This document shows positions 45,008 to 58,680 of a stretch of 64,000 nucleotides of DNA, piece after piece. This stretch comes from Octopus vulgaris (lineage: Eukaryota). Location: positions 29,946,001 to 30,010,000 of the forward strand of contig OX597825.1 of NCBI GenBank assembly GCA_951406725.2. Reading direction: 5' to 3'. The notes under the pieces were generated by a model that saw only the letters and a program-made list of their open reading frames with translations, made no database searches and had not been told where the DNA came from. The translations under genes were made by a program, and so were the position numbers. Each line of letters opens with the position of its first letter. The first letter of the stretch is position 1.

Positions 45008-45150
45008 CTTTGATACTTCTTATTATCTTTTATGACTTTGTCATAAAACGAAAAAACTGGAGATTTTCGGATCAAATAGAAAAAAATGCCTAGTTCAAAA
45101 TAGTCACTTGAAATATGCACAAGACTGTTCCATTTTCAATGTATTTTCTG
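45008..45150 (-). pseudogene. Exon-like segment
   Basis: ttcag|..KYIENGTVLVHISSDYFELGIFFYLIRKSPVFSFYDKVIKDNKKYQ AG|gtattt. Confidence 0.3.
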
Positions 45151-45701
45151 AATTCTTTGTTTTTTTTTAAAAATCTTATGGAAAAGAATATTAATAGATA
45201 TTGAACATTCTAAGCAATTCAATTTAAATAAGGTTTAAAAATTCTATACAAGAAATTAATTGTATAAACACTACTTGTGTATTTCCTCTATGGTAGCTTC
45301 CCAGAAATTTTTGCCTGATTTTTCCCCCCACTTCTTTTTTATCTTTTTAAATTCATGAATTATATTTTGAATGTCATTTGTAATATTAGATTTGGGTTTG
45401 TTTTTCTATTCTTAAAAACAAAAAAGAAATCAAACATTTTTAATAAGTGACTATTCAATGGAGGCTATTTAATTCACTAAATTAGGCAGGATTAAAGGAT
45501 ATCTAGACTTTGCTGAAAATATAAAGAAATTAGTTGAGCTTTAAAAGGCATTGTAAGTCTCATAATATAAGGGTCTGAAGTTTTTTCCTTTCACTTGCTC
45601 CATCATTTTGAAAATCTGATATCTAACTATCAATAAGGATTTTTCAAAATATTTGGAAATAATTAAAATATTTGCTCCTCTCTAATTGCAAATAATTTAT
45701 T

Positions 45702-45742
<41 letters not shown>

Positions 45743-48700
45743 GGTGGTGGGAGATTGGCAGAATCATTAGAGCACTGAAGAAAATACCTTGTGGTGTTTC
45801 ATCATGGCTCTTTATGTTGCAAGTTGATATCCCACTGATGTTGACTTTGCCATACAATCCTTTTGGGGTTGATAGAATAAAGTGCCAGTCAAGTACTGGG
45901 GCTGATTTAAATCATCTACACCTCTCTCCCACACATTTTTGGCCTTGTGCCTCTGTTAGATTTTATTGTTACTAATTGGTAGGTATTGTGGCTGAACACG
46001 AAGCTATTTCAGCACACTTCTTGAAAAATGAAAAACAAAAAAAAGAACTCCAGTGTCAAATTCAAATTCATCATTGCCTTCACACACCCCCTGCCCTCCC
46101 ACAAACCTAACTCAACTGCTGGCTGTTGGTGGTGGCCATTTTACCCATTGGTCAGTTTACCCAACAGAAAACAGACTGCTTTTTTTTCTCATAACTTCAA
46201 ATTCATATTTCTATCAGTATTCATATGAATATTAGAGTCTCTAATAGAAATTACAAAATATTCATAAAACATAAATCATGTTTTATGTATTGAAAATTAT
46301 CATTGCAGAAAAACGAAGCAATTTGACATCATGAGGATTCTTGTTATTTTACACGTGCTGAAGATTTCTACAAAGAACTGTTATCGTTCTCATTGACTAT
46401 TTCCATTACCCCCACCCCCACACCTTAGATTTTGTTTTATCATCTGCTGAATCAAAAGAGACATAAAGCAACCATTTCTTCACTTTAAAACTGTTATGCC
46501 CAGGCAAGCATCTGATTATGTATGTTATTCTATTTATCTTCATAATTCTTTGTCAATGGAACAGACTTGTCATTATTTACATCCTTATGGCACTATGATT
46601 CTTCAGTTTTGCGCCATGAGACAGCAGTTTTTTTTTTACATTCTTTGTTTTTGTTTTTTTTTTAATATTTTCTGTATATTTTTTTGTTTTGTTTTGTTTT
46701 TTTTTTTTTTCTTGCAAGACTGAAACAAAATGAAACTATTAAATTAATAAAATTTACATACATATTACTACCAGATCTAAGCTGGTAAGAACTGAAGAGC
46801 AAAGAGAGGTACTTATTATTAGGTGGTTTGTTTTAAGAACCAGCTCGTGTATTACCCAGAAATCCTTCATGTTGTTATTTGTAAGTTTGTAACCAATGAA
46901 GTAAATAAAATTTCCAAAAAAAGAAAACGAAAGAAAAAAATTACCATACAAGCATAGCCTGACAAAAAATTTATGAAAATCTTTAAAAGCATTTGTTTGA
47001 AAGAAAAATAATAATAATATTAATATTAATAAATGTTATGCTTGCAAAATTTGCAGTTATGTGATATGTTTTTTTGTTGCCTTTTATTCTTATTGAAGGT
47101 TCTCCCTCCTTAATTTGTAATTTAATGATCTATCTTGTTTTTGTTTTTTTTATTCACATCCCCCTTTCCTCCCTATCTTGGTTTTTGTTGAAAAAGAAAC
47201 AATTTAATAGAGATCATGTTGACAATTATGATTCAATTGTAAATAAAGTTTAATAAAATAGCGAAACAGAGTAAATATTATTACTGTTAATAAAATAAGG
47301 AAAATTTGTTTTGTAAGTATATAAATAAGTCAGTGAGTAATTTTAGAGAATCATAATTAAAATTTTACAGGAGAACTCAGTAACTCAATGAATCTGATTA
47401 TAGACTGTGAATATATAATCAGAGAATACTAATTGTTAACTTGTAGTTTAATTCATTAAATAAGGTGTTTTATATCACTTTCAGACACACTACACCCCAA
47501 AATCAAGTTTCTGCTATAATAAAAAAAAAGCTTTAATTCATTTGAAACCTATTCACCTGAAACTGCATTTGGTCATATGATTCGAAATTCCTGTTTTATA
47601 GGGATTTTAATTAAAACCTTTGGTCAGGAATTTCAACCGTGTTTCATGGTCTGCTACCACAACAGCTCCTTTATAGGATCCAGTTAGCTCAAGGCATCAT
47701 CAGGAGGAACCACGTTCAGTTTCGGCCCCTACTCCCCTACTGTTTTGACATGACGGGGCCCCCTCTTTCGGAGGTGTCTTCAGCTCTGGTGCTGGGTGCA
47801 TGTCTTCTTTCTTCTGTTCCCTGGCCTCTTTGATGTAGCGTCAATGAGTGTCAGCGGCGACTGACTGTCTTGTCAAATTTTTTCCTTTCAATACCTGCTG
47901 CTAGGCAGTAGGTATTTAAAACCAACTTTATAATGACAATGTTGTTTTACTAAATTCTTCATTATTTTCAAAATATATTGAAACAAAGACAGTTCCTTTC
48001 AGCAGAAATTTGGCAACAAAAGGTTAGGTGTATCATATAGATATTCCAAAATGGATATGCCAAAACAGGCACTAAAAGCCTGGTGCAGTCTTTTACCTAG
48101 CCAGATCCTGTCAAACTGTCCAACCCATGCCAGCATTGAAAGTGATGATGATGATGGTGGTGTTGCGGATTCTCCAGCTAACACTATCACATTTGCATAT
48201 ACTCCTTATGATACTGGTTCCCTTATTGGGGAGCTGTATCTACGACATGAGTGCATATTTGGTAGTACACATATTCACAACAGGTTTAGCATACATAGAC
48301 ATGACTTATTCTCTTATATCCATCTTCCTTGCAGAAAAATAAATGCATATTTTCATATGCACACACACATAACAGGCTTACATACAGTTTCCATCTACCA
48401 TGCTTACTCAAAAAGCACTGGTCAGCCTGGGGCTATAATAGAAGACCCAAGGCAATGCACAGAAGGACTTAACCTGAAACCACTCGGTTATAAAGGGATC
48501 TCTTTAATCACAGGTAATCATGCCTAGGAACTTAGTAAAATCAAATTGTCATTATCAAGCTGGTGTTTAGAACAAATTAACATGAAACTTTGGTGGTAGA
48601 TTTCAATTTTAATCACTTTAATCTTTTGGTATTTAAACCAGCCATATCCAACCGAAATATTCAGCCTGTTTTATGCTCAAACTTGCCAGATCTGGCTTCT

Positions 48701-49524
48701 CACACCTACCAAACAATGTCATTTTAATAATACACAAACATCATCAAAATCTTGAAACTAAAAGATGATGTGTGATTCAGTCAAAACAAAGTGAATAAGT
48801 AGGCATTACATTTGACAAAGTAAGGTGAATTCTAAAGGATTAAAACAGTAAGTTTGTGTCATAGAAATAAGAGCTGTCTCAGATGGGTCCATATCAAATG
48901 GGTCAAAACTACATATGTCTGAGAATATTCAGCTGATTACAAAATAATTCAATGAGCAAGAAGCTCAGTTGGCTGCCCAACTAAACACTCATCACTGAAT
49001 CCAACAGTAATCCGTTTATGGCGACATATTTATCAGGTCAGCTGACCATGAAGTGGTTTCTTTTTTTCATTGGTTCATCAGACAACTATTTATCATGCTA
49101 GTGTATGGAGAAAATAAAAATTTGGATAATATGTATGTCTCTCTCTTTCTCTACCCCTCTCTCTCCTTTTCTCTCTCTCTTTCTCTCTCCTCAGTCTTTC
49201 TCTCTGCTAAGTGCAATAAAAGATATTACACATTTGCTCTTTTACTGGTTTCAGATAATGGATTGTGGCCACACTATGGCACTGCCTTCAAAAGATTTTA
49301 TTGTATCACAACAACCCTTGGTATTTTTTCTTGTTTTTCTTCTTCTTTTGTTCTTGCTGAACAACAAAAATTCTAGGAACATAAACAAGCAAACACTATT
49401 TGTCAAGTGGTGAGAGAAAAACCCAACACAAAAGCACAAGCACATACACACACATTGTTGTACAAACATACAAGTATATATGTATATATGCATAAATATA
49501 TACATACATATATATATATATATA

Positions 49525-49925
49525 TTTCGATAGGTGAATGAATTATCCTATGTTTATCGTCAGCATGGAAAATTCGTTGAACTGATACCAGGGTAGCAAA
49601 TTCACGTCAGAAACACGGTTGAAGCGACCTGTCCAAGGGTAGAAACTCCGGGTTCATTTGCAGAAATTTGTGTGTTATATATGAATAAATAGAATGGAGT
49701 CGAACGAAGATGTTAACAAAATTCCTTTACTCTCGATATATGTTTCGAAGACCACATGGTTTCATTCCAAAGGAAAAAAGGGTGTATGATGCAATCTTCT
49801 CATCAGGAAAGAAAGGGAGCCTCTCTCGGCAACAAGACAAAGAAAAATTTCAATGACTGTCTACATGGTAAGCAAGTCGAGAGTAAAGGAATTTTGTTAA
49901 CATCTTTGTTCGACTCCATTCTTTC

Positions 49926-49931
<6 letters not shown>
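49525..49931 (-). mobile_element. Penelope-like inverted-pLTR remnant with two hammerhead cores, in (TA)n
   Basis: ~46-bp inverted repeat at 49691-49736 / 49877-49922. Minus strand CTTTC CTGATGA GAAGA..TCTTC GAAAC atat ATC GAGAG (49730-49811) and CTGACGA..ATAGG..CCTAT cGAAA (49525-49566). Confidence 0.6.
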
Positions 49932-50019
<88 letters not shown>

Positions 50020-50594
50020 TATATATATGCATAAATATATATATATATATATATATATATGCAAATATGGATATACTTTTTACATATATACTTATGTATA
50101 TATACTTACATCTATATCACTCTATGCTCTACCGACTTTAAGTAAAGATTATGTAACCCCATTTCTTCATTCAAAATTAGGGCAAACATGAATTGTACAA
50201 GTTTCAGTAGGTACATCTGGATTTTAAAGGATATGATCACTACATGATATTAAATGAACAATTATTCATAGCACTTCACCATATACTACTGGGAACTTAA
50301 AATGTAATCTATGCTTAGAAGATATTCCATAACTTTACCTCTCATTACAGGTTATTAAATCACAAAAGCAGATTAGCTCTAAAATACAGGCATTCCTATA
50401 GGAAAGTATTTATGTACTTGTCAAGTAAGGATTTTTAATAGGATGTCATGTAGATAGAAGTGTACATAAGTTAAGCTAGTAAAATAACTGTAAATTTATT
50501 ATAGTTAGATTTTAACAATCTTACAATAAATCACAAAATATAGTTTCTTTTGTGGTTTGTAACTGAATATGATTAGAATCTCAACTTACCTTAA

Positions 50595-50995
50595 TTCTTT
50601 TAGTTGTTTCAGTCATTTGACTGTGGCCATGCTGGAGCACCGCCTTTAGTCAAGCAAATTGACCCCAGGACTTATTCTTTGTAAGCCAAGTACTTATTCT
50701 ATCGGTCTCTTTTGCTGAACCGCTAAGTTGCGGGGACGTAAACACACCAGCATTGGTTGTCAAGCAATGGTAGGGGGACAGACACAGAAACACAGACACA
50801 CAAACACACACACATATATATATATATACATATATACAACAGGCTTCTTTCAGTTTCCATCTACCAAATCCACTCACAAGGCTTTGGTCGACCCGAGGCT
50901 ATAGTAGAAGACACTTGCCCAAAGTGCCACACAGTGGGACTGAACCCGGAACCATGTGGTTGGTAAGCAAGCTACTTACCACACAGCCACTCCTA
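50595..50995 (-). mobile_element. Family A SINE, full length
   Basis: Reverse-complement homology to 34592-34992. Confidence 0.92.
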
Positions 50996-51274
50996 CACTT
51001 TATTCATCTTAATCAATACTACACTTCTAATTTTCAAAAAAGTATACAACTTTATTGCTACGAATTGGTCTAAATACCCAAATCAAAGCAATATCCATTC
51101 ATTTCTCCTCTATTTCCTCTTTTTACAAATTAAAAAAAAATCTTACTTTTTAACATCCATGGTATCATTTTATCCCCATTACAAGTGATCAATGAGTTAA
51201 TTGCATCCTGAACTAATTTAAAGTCTTTTTTTTCTTTTCTACTGCTAAGTACATAAAATAACCTATTCTCTTAA

Positions 51275-51494
51275 CCTTTTCATTACTGTATTTATTTTGA
51301 GATGCTCTGTGTTTCTTTCAATTACTTCAAATATAACAAAGAAATTAGTAAAATAACATAGTTATCATTAAGCTAGTGTTAGGAATATAAATTGTGACTA
51401 AGGTTTGGTGGAAGATTTTAATTCAAAACTTATGAAAACAAGACATTTGTACTCAGAGCCAGAGCCAGTTTCAGCCGGGCTGGTAACGAAAGGG
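51275..51494 (+). mobile_element. piggyBac-type MITE
   Basis: TTAA TSDs and CCYTTT/AAAGGG ends. Confidence 0.88.
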
Positions 51495-51525
51495 TTAAGA
51501 ATTGTTTCTCTATTATATATCTTAA

Positions 51526-51745
51526 CCCTTTTGTTACCATATTTCTGTTGAGATGCTCTGTGTTTCTTTCAATTACTTTAAATATAACAAAGAATTTAGT
51601 AGAATAACTTAGTTACCATTCAGCTAGTGTTAGGAATATAAATTGTGACTAAGGTTTAGTGGAAGATTTTAATTCAAAACTTATGAAAACAAGACATTTG
51701 TACTCAGAGCCAGAGCCGGTTTCAGCCGAATTGGTATCGAAAGGG
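51526..51745 (+). mobile_element. piggyBac-type MITE, adjacent second copy
   Basis: TTAA TSDs and CCCTTT/AAAGGG ends. Confidence 0.88.
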
Positions 51746-52351
51746 TTAAATTCTAAAAAGGTCATTCTAAATTTAATGACACCAAAACTATAACCATATC
51801 TTATTTCAAAGCAATCTCTACTGTCATGTACCCTAAGGTTTTATCATCCCTCACCTAAAATATATTTTAAGAAGAACAAGCTAACACTTGAATCACCAAT
51901 TTGCTTCACCAACCCACAGGAGTGAAACCTTGAAGAAATCTGCATAGACATCTCTACCTTGGATGAACACATACTACAAATGAACCAACTAAAAGCACAT
52001 AAATGCTACATTAAAGGACATTAGGACATTTATGTAGCAGAAACATGTGTCAGATTGGAATCTAATGTGAATTCAATGAGAATAAATCTGTAATAAACAA
52101 ATTTTGAAGCTGTATAATTCTTCATTCTTCTTTATGGTGTCTTCATTATATTCTCTGTATGTTGCATGAAATCCAAGAATTGAACACTAAATTTACCTGC
52201 CGAGTGAAGTATTATGTAATTGTTTACCTTACACAATTCTGTAAGTTTCCTAATATCGATGTGGTTTGCCAGATATGGATTATATCAGAGTGTTAAGATA
52301 CCTGTCCAAATTCCAAATTCCTATTCCTTTGTTTGTTTGTTTGTTTGTTTG

Positions 52352-52385
<34 letters not shown>

Positions 52386-52536
52386 TCTATCTATCTATCT
52401 AACTATCTATCAATCTACTCACACACACAAACACAAATAGTTATATATGGTGAAATAAATTATTATTTTGACCAGGGAACTCTGGGCAGCTGTATTTAAC
52501 AAGATTTGAGGTTTTTACACACACATCCATCTCTCT

Positions 52537-52577
<41 letters not shown>

Positions 52578-53403
52578 TAGATAGATAGATAGATAGATAC
52601 TATGGACTGAGACTATGGACATTATCTATCCATCATGTTCCTGGACATCAAACAAATTGAAAACATACACACACATATAAAATAGATTTTGCTAAACTGT
52701 ATTGCCAAAGCAATAACAGACTGTACCATGCAGCAGTCAACAACAAACTCTACCATCTGACAGATCCAAACAGATCATTTAATTTAACAGGTGAGATTAG
52801 ACTTAGAAACAACATTCAGATGAATCGTTAACAAGTATTATCAGAACCTACCATCAATGAAATCTCAAAATACACCATTAAATATGAAACGGTGTATTTC
52901 ATGGGATTTGTTAAATACAGAGTCCCATTAAAGTACACTATTCCAGTGTACTCTCATGTGACAGGAAATGGTAGTGTTATAAGAAACAGCCAAATGTATT
53001 GTATACACATATAAGCAATGGCTGCATGATCAAGAAGCTCCAGGTTCAGTCCCTCTGCATGGCACCAGGGACAAATTACTTCTGCTAAGGTCTTGAGGTT
53101 GACCAAAGTTTTGTGAGCAGATTTGACAGGTGGCAAGTGGAAAGATCCATCCATCCATCCATCCGTCCGTCCGTCCGTCCATCCATCCATCCATCACCCC
53201 ATCCCCCCCCCACACACACACACACATGTATATATATATAAATTCAAATTACAATGAACATAAACACATGAAGTTTGCTTAGAAGTATTGAGATGTCTTA
53301 GAAAGTTAAGGAAGCGATTTTAAATTCTCAAACGCAGGATAATGCTAATAATATAGCCTGAAGAGGATAATCTACCCCTATTTTGCAGAAAAAAGTGTTG
53401 GCA

Positions 53404-53478
53404 GCCAGCTTTGAGACTTGAACTCTCACCTCCGTGATTACGCGTCGCGGTCCTCTGAACCAATTAAGCTAAACCGCC
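53404..53478 (-). tRNA. tRNA-Thr(CGT)-like pseudogene or tRNA-derived repeat head
   Basis: GGCGGTTTAGCTTAATTGGTTCAGAGGA CCGCGA-CGCGTAA-TCACGG AGGTGAGAGTTCAAGTCTC: A and B boxes and a CGT anticodon loop; stems are imperfect. Confidence 0.5.
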
Positions 53479-53549
53479 CACACCACAAATTCTTCAGCAA
53501 ATTTAAGATATATAGAAATCTCACTTTATGAGATGCTATCATACGTTAT

Positions 53550-53580
<31 letters not shown>

Positions 53581-54337
53581 GTGTATATATATATATATAT
53601 GCACACATACATATTATATATTATATAATTACATGTGTGTATGTGTATGTATATATACACATATGCATATATCTACATATATATGTATATAAATGTGTAT
53701 ATATATATGCATATATGTATTCATATATATATATAAATATATATGTAATATACATATACATTACATACATGTGTGTGTGTTTGTATGTATGTATATATAT
53801 ACCAAAGAGAGGATCAAATGTCCTTACCAAGCCATAGCCTCATACGGTTAGTTTGCCAGATTCTGTGTCATATGGATTCCTCCCTGGATGGGATGTTAGT
53901 TCATCAGAGGATTGCCCCTTTTTTGCTAGCAGAGTGAAATGGAGAAATTTGAAATGAAGTGATTTGCTCAAGAACAAGAGTCCTTTGCCTTGTCCAGGAA
54001 TCAAAGCTATAATCTTATGGTCATGATTACAACACACTGACCACTAAACTACATTCCTCCACCATACATGCATCTATATATATGAAAGACCTGCATAGTG
54101 TGGATGGAAACTTTTTCAAAACAAAACTAAATCTCCTTCTGTCAAGAGTTCCATATGAACCTACCTGAAGATAAGAAACACAGATGAGAGCAGCAGCATC
54201 AACCTCCCTCATCCACCAAATATCATATATCTGAGGAGGTTTAGTGAAAGTGTAGAAAACTAAACAGTAGTGTCCCCAGCATGGACACAGTCCTTGAACT
54301 GAAATTTAAAGCAAAGCATATGTATATATGTATATGT

Positions 54338-54679
54338 GAAGGCACATGGCTCAGTGGTTAGAGTGTTGAGCTTATGATCGTGAGGTTGCGAGTCTGAGTT
54401 CGAATCCCGGACCGGGCTGCGTGTTGCGTTCTTGGGCAAGACACTTTATTTCACATTGCTCCAGCTCACTGAGCTGTAGAAATGAGTTGCGATGTCACAG
54501 GTGCCAAGCTGTATCGGCCTTTGCCTTTCCCTTGGATAACATTGGTGGTGTGGAGAGGGGAGCCCGGTATGCATGGGCAACTGCTCATCTTCCATAAACA
54601 ACTTTGCTCGGACTCGTACCTGGGAGGGTAACTTTCTAGGTGCAATTCGGTCAGTCATGACCAAAGGGGGTCTCAGCAG

Positions 54680-54680
<1 letters not shown>
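54338..54680 (+). mobile_element. tRNA-derived SINE with a V/Meta-like central domain
   Basis: ggctcagtggttagagtg...gttcgaatcccgg head; gtgttgcgttcttgggcaagacacttt. Confidence 0.8.
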
Positions 54681-54725
<45 letters not shown>

Positions 54726-54728
<3 letters not shown>

Positions 54729-54956
54729 GGTGAACTGGCAGAATCGTTAGCATGCCAGGCAAAATGCTTAGCGGTATTTCGTCTGCCATTACGTTCCAAG
54801 TTCAAATTCCGCCAAGGTCGACTTTGCCTTTCATCCTTTCGGGGTCGATTAAATAAGAACCAGTTACGCACTGGGGTCGATGTAATCGACTTAATCCCTT
54901 TGTTTGTCCTTGTTTGTCCACTCTATGTTTAGCTCCCCTGTGGGCAATAAAGAAAT
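54726..54956 (+). mobile_element. Family B (Nin-like) SINE inserted in (TA)n
   Basis: Homologous to 30402-30629. Confidence 0.9.
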
Positions 54957-55042
54957 ATATATATATATATATGAAAATAATATCGGTGCCTCGTTGTACC
55001 ATTTATTTACTTTTATATGTATATATATATGTATATATATAT

Positions 55043-55125
<83 letters not shown>

Positions 55126-55126
<1 letters not shown>

Positions 55127-55490
55127 CTCTCTCTATATAAACGGCAGTTTGTCTGTGCGTGTTTCTGTGTGTCTGTTTGCTTGTACCCTCACCCTGACCA
55201 CGGCTTTCAACCGATTCTGATGAAACTTGACACACACATAGCCCAATGTCATAATTCAAAACTAACGCAGCGAAAATTTTGAAAAGTTCCCCCAGTTCTG
55301 AAAAAAATCGATAAATTCGACATGGGGTCGAGAATCAGAAACACAAACCGTCTAGGGGACGCAACTCCACCTTTTTTTACTCTCAAAAAAATTTACCATC
55401 ATTTTTTTCCATTTTTTGGCTATAACTCTCTAAAAATGCTTTATAGTTATTTCCTTTACAAACCTGAGCAACGCCGGGCGATACTGCTAG
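55126..55490 (+). mobile_element. Non-autonomous Helitron
   Basis: A|TC 5' end, subterminal GC-rich hairpin cctgagcaacgccggg, CTAG|T 3' end. Confidence 0.85.
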
Positions 55491-56635
55491 TATATGTATA
55501 TATGTAAGAAAGAGAGATAGACAGAAAGACAAAATATGCACAGACACACATATACATACATAAGTATTTACAAATATATGTATATGATGTTACCTGATGT
55601 GCCAGAAATAGCAGATAAATCATACTAAAATCTAATTAGCTTATAGAAAAAAATAGTGTGTACAATATGCATGTGTGTGTTTGAATGTTGTGTGTGTGTA
55701 TGTGTGTATGATCCAAGTTAAGCTATGCTTGAAACTACATAGCCAGCATGACTTTGATACTGGATGTGCTCAGTCAGCGATGCTCGATCAGGACAAACAC
55801 AGGGCTAAACAATAACACACAAGAATTGCTCCAAGCTAGAGTTTGCTATAGTAGAATGTAAACAGTACCATGTAGGAGATAATATGAAATAATCTACGTC
55901 AATACTAGCTCCACTGCTTCTCTTTGATACAGTAATTATGTTGGAAATATAAAGCTGGTAATATCAGAAATTCAATGAAATTTATTTACATTTTATGCCA
56001 CTCAATCAAGTCCAAATCAGAACTGTTTGGTGAAAGTAATTAATAAAATCCATCTAGGAGCTGGATATGTTTGTTAAATTTAATAACCTGCTCCAATTTC
56101 AATATCGTTTCCTAGAAATGTTCGCACAGCAGTGGATTGAATTAGTAATACATTAAACGTATTGGATTTATTGACTTGTATCAATTACAAGTCATTCAAT
56201 ATTTTCTTCCTTTTGTGAGCATATATTGCTTCACTAAGGTGAGACTGATGTCTATGAAAACTATGAAACTATTCCTACTTCACACGCATCCATAAAAATG
56301 CTTTATTGATGGAGTCAGTTTCCCAGCATACGTATTCGAAGGATGCTGTGTTTCTATGTGTGTACCTGTGTGTATGTATGCATGTATGTGTGTATGTATG
56401 CATGTATGTGTGTATGTATGCATGTATGTGTGTATGTATTTGAGGTCTGAGAGAGAGGAAAAGAGTAGAAGTGAGAAGGTCAGACAGCATACATAATAGT
56501 GGACTATGACATCGTAGGTGTTCATTTGAAATCTATTAAACATGCTCTGTCATGCCCCAAAGCAGAACATTTGCATATTGAAACAATATATATATATATA
56601 CATACATATACATATACATATATATATATATATAT

Positions 56636-56667
<32 letters not shown>

Positions 56668-56793
56668 TTAGCTAGATAGATAGATAATATATATATGTAC
56701 GTATGTGTGTATGTGTGTATGTGTGTTTGCATGTATGTATATATATATATATATATATATGCATATATGTGTGTATATATATGTATATATATG

Positions 56794-56839
<46 letters not shown>

Positions 56840-56908
56840 CATATATATGTGTAAATATATACATACACATATATGTGTGTGTGTGTAAGTTTATATGTAT
56901 ATATATCT

Positions 56909-57149
56909 AAAGGGTGGCTCAAAAGTACATTTGCAGTTATTCAACTATCTCTTTCACATTCATATATCAACAGTTTAGATCTTATTTATAAAAAAAAAAA
57001 AAAATAGACCATTATTCTATGCTAATTTAATTAATTTTGCCAAGTTCCCATTTCAGTTTGTAAGACAGAAATTTAAATGTAATAAAATGTTTTAAAAGAA
57101 ATTTAAAGTGAGTGAATGATAACAGTAAACCTACTTTTGGGCCATCCTG
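56909..57149. mobile_element. Tc1/mariner-like MITE
   Basis: Imperfect TIRs aagggtggctcaaaagta / tacttttgggccatcctg. Confidence 0.65.
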
Positions 57150-57206
<57 letters not shown>

Positions 57207-57264
57207 GTGTGTGTGTGTGTGTATGTGTGTATGTGTATGTGTGTATATATATATATGTGTGTAT

Positions 57265-57405
57265 TTTTCTGTCTCCCTTTCTGTAGAAGAGCATAGGCTC
57301 GAAATGTAAAAGACTTTTTCAATTCCTGAGCGTTATACTAATACATCTGTTTGTTTTGTATACCACCTGTCTTTGTCTTTTGTTTTTTTCATGAACTCTC
57401 CCCTA
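57265..57405 (+). mobile_element. Short microsatellite-embedded repeat with a variant HHR core, copy 1
   Basis: cttt CTGTAGA a GAGC-atag-GCTC GAAAT GTA aaag; second copy at 62490-62666. Confidence 0.65.
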
Positions 57406-57412
57406 TATACAT

Positions 57413-57482
<70 letters not shown>

Positions 57483-57519
57483 CTTTGTATATATATATGT
57501 AGTGCTCGAGTAAATTTGA

Positions 57520-57893
57520 ATTTGGCACCAATGGAAATCGTAGCTCTGATACCAGTGCCAGTGGCACATAAGAGAACCATCCGAACGTGGCCATTGCCAG
57601 TGGCACGTAAAAAGCACCATCTGATCATGGCTGTTGCCAGCCTCGCCTCGCCTCCGTGTGCCAGTGGCACATAATAAGCACCATCCAATCATGGCTGTTG
57701 CCAGCCTTGTCTGGCACCTGTGCCGGTGGCATGTAAAAAGCACCCACTACACTCATGGGGTGGTTAGCGTTAGGAAGGGCATCCAGATGTAGAAACATTG
57801 CCAGATCAGACTGGGCTTGGTGCAGCCTTCTGGCTTCCCAGACCCCAGTTGGAACCGTCCAACCCATGCCAGCATGGAAAGCGGACGCTAAAC

Positions 57894-57930
<37 letters not shown>
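57520..57930 (+). mobile_element. Family D element with internal tandem sub-repeats and (GAT)n tail
   Basis: Repeated gccagtggcac..aagcaccatc units. Confidence 0.85.
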
Positions 57931-57932
<2 letters not shown>

Positions 57933-58289
57933 ATATAAATACAGGCACACGCGTTTCAGTTCATCAAAAGTTTTGAAGTGGGTATCAGAATCAGATCTAG
58001 GAATGTTGTGCTTCAGATATGCTAGAATCCTTATAAAGAGAAAATTTATAAATGCTCTACCTAATTTCACGAGACATTAGGCAGCTAAGACCCCTAGTCC
58101 TAAAAACCCTTTGGGGTTGTGAAATATTTATATGTTATCAATATTAGGTACACACACAAACACACATATACATATACTTACATGGTTACATAGACAGATA
58201 CATTAATATGTGTAAATATATGGTGGGAGCAAATGGCTTAGTGATCAGAGGTACTCAACAACCAAACACTTTACTGCTTTATTAAAAGA

Positions 58290-58680
58290 CTAGCAGTATC
58301 GCCCGGCGTTGCTCGGGTTTGTAAGGGAAATAACTATAAAGCATTTTTAGAGAGTTATAGTCAAAAAATAGCAAAAAAATGCATTAGAAATGGAAAAATA
58401 TGATGGTAAATTTTTTTAAATCATTGACTCATCGTAGACATTTTTAGAGAGTTACTTCCCTTATATTAAAAAAATATGCATTAAAATGGAAAAAAATGAT
58501 GGTAAATTATTTTTAAAATCGTAGACTCATCGTAGATGCGTGCTAATACCCAGAAGGGCTCTATATGAATCACGACAATAAGATACCCGGTTTTGGTTAA
58601 ACTGCACCGCAAAATGTGGGAGTAGTTAGGAATCTAAATCGGAGTAGACAGACACACAACCTTACTTTTATAAATAAAGA
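58290..58680 (-). mobile_element. Non-autonomous Helitron
   Basis: Minus strand A|TCTTTAT...cccgagcaacgccgggcgatactgCTAG|T. Confidence 0.88.

Noticed and set aside
54446-55002. Complex-looking ORFs such as RPRKDERQSRPWRNLN
   Set aside because: They are translations of SINE family B and adjacent SINEs.
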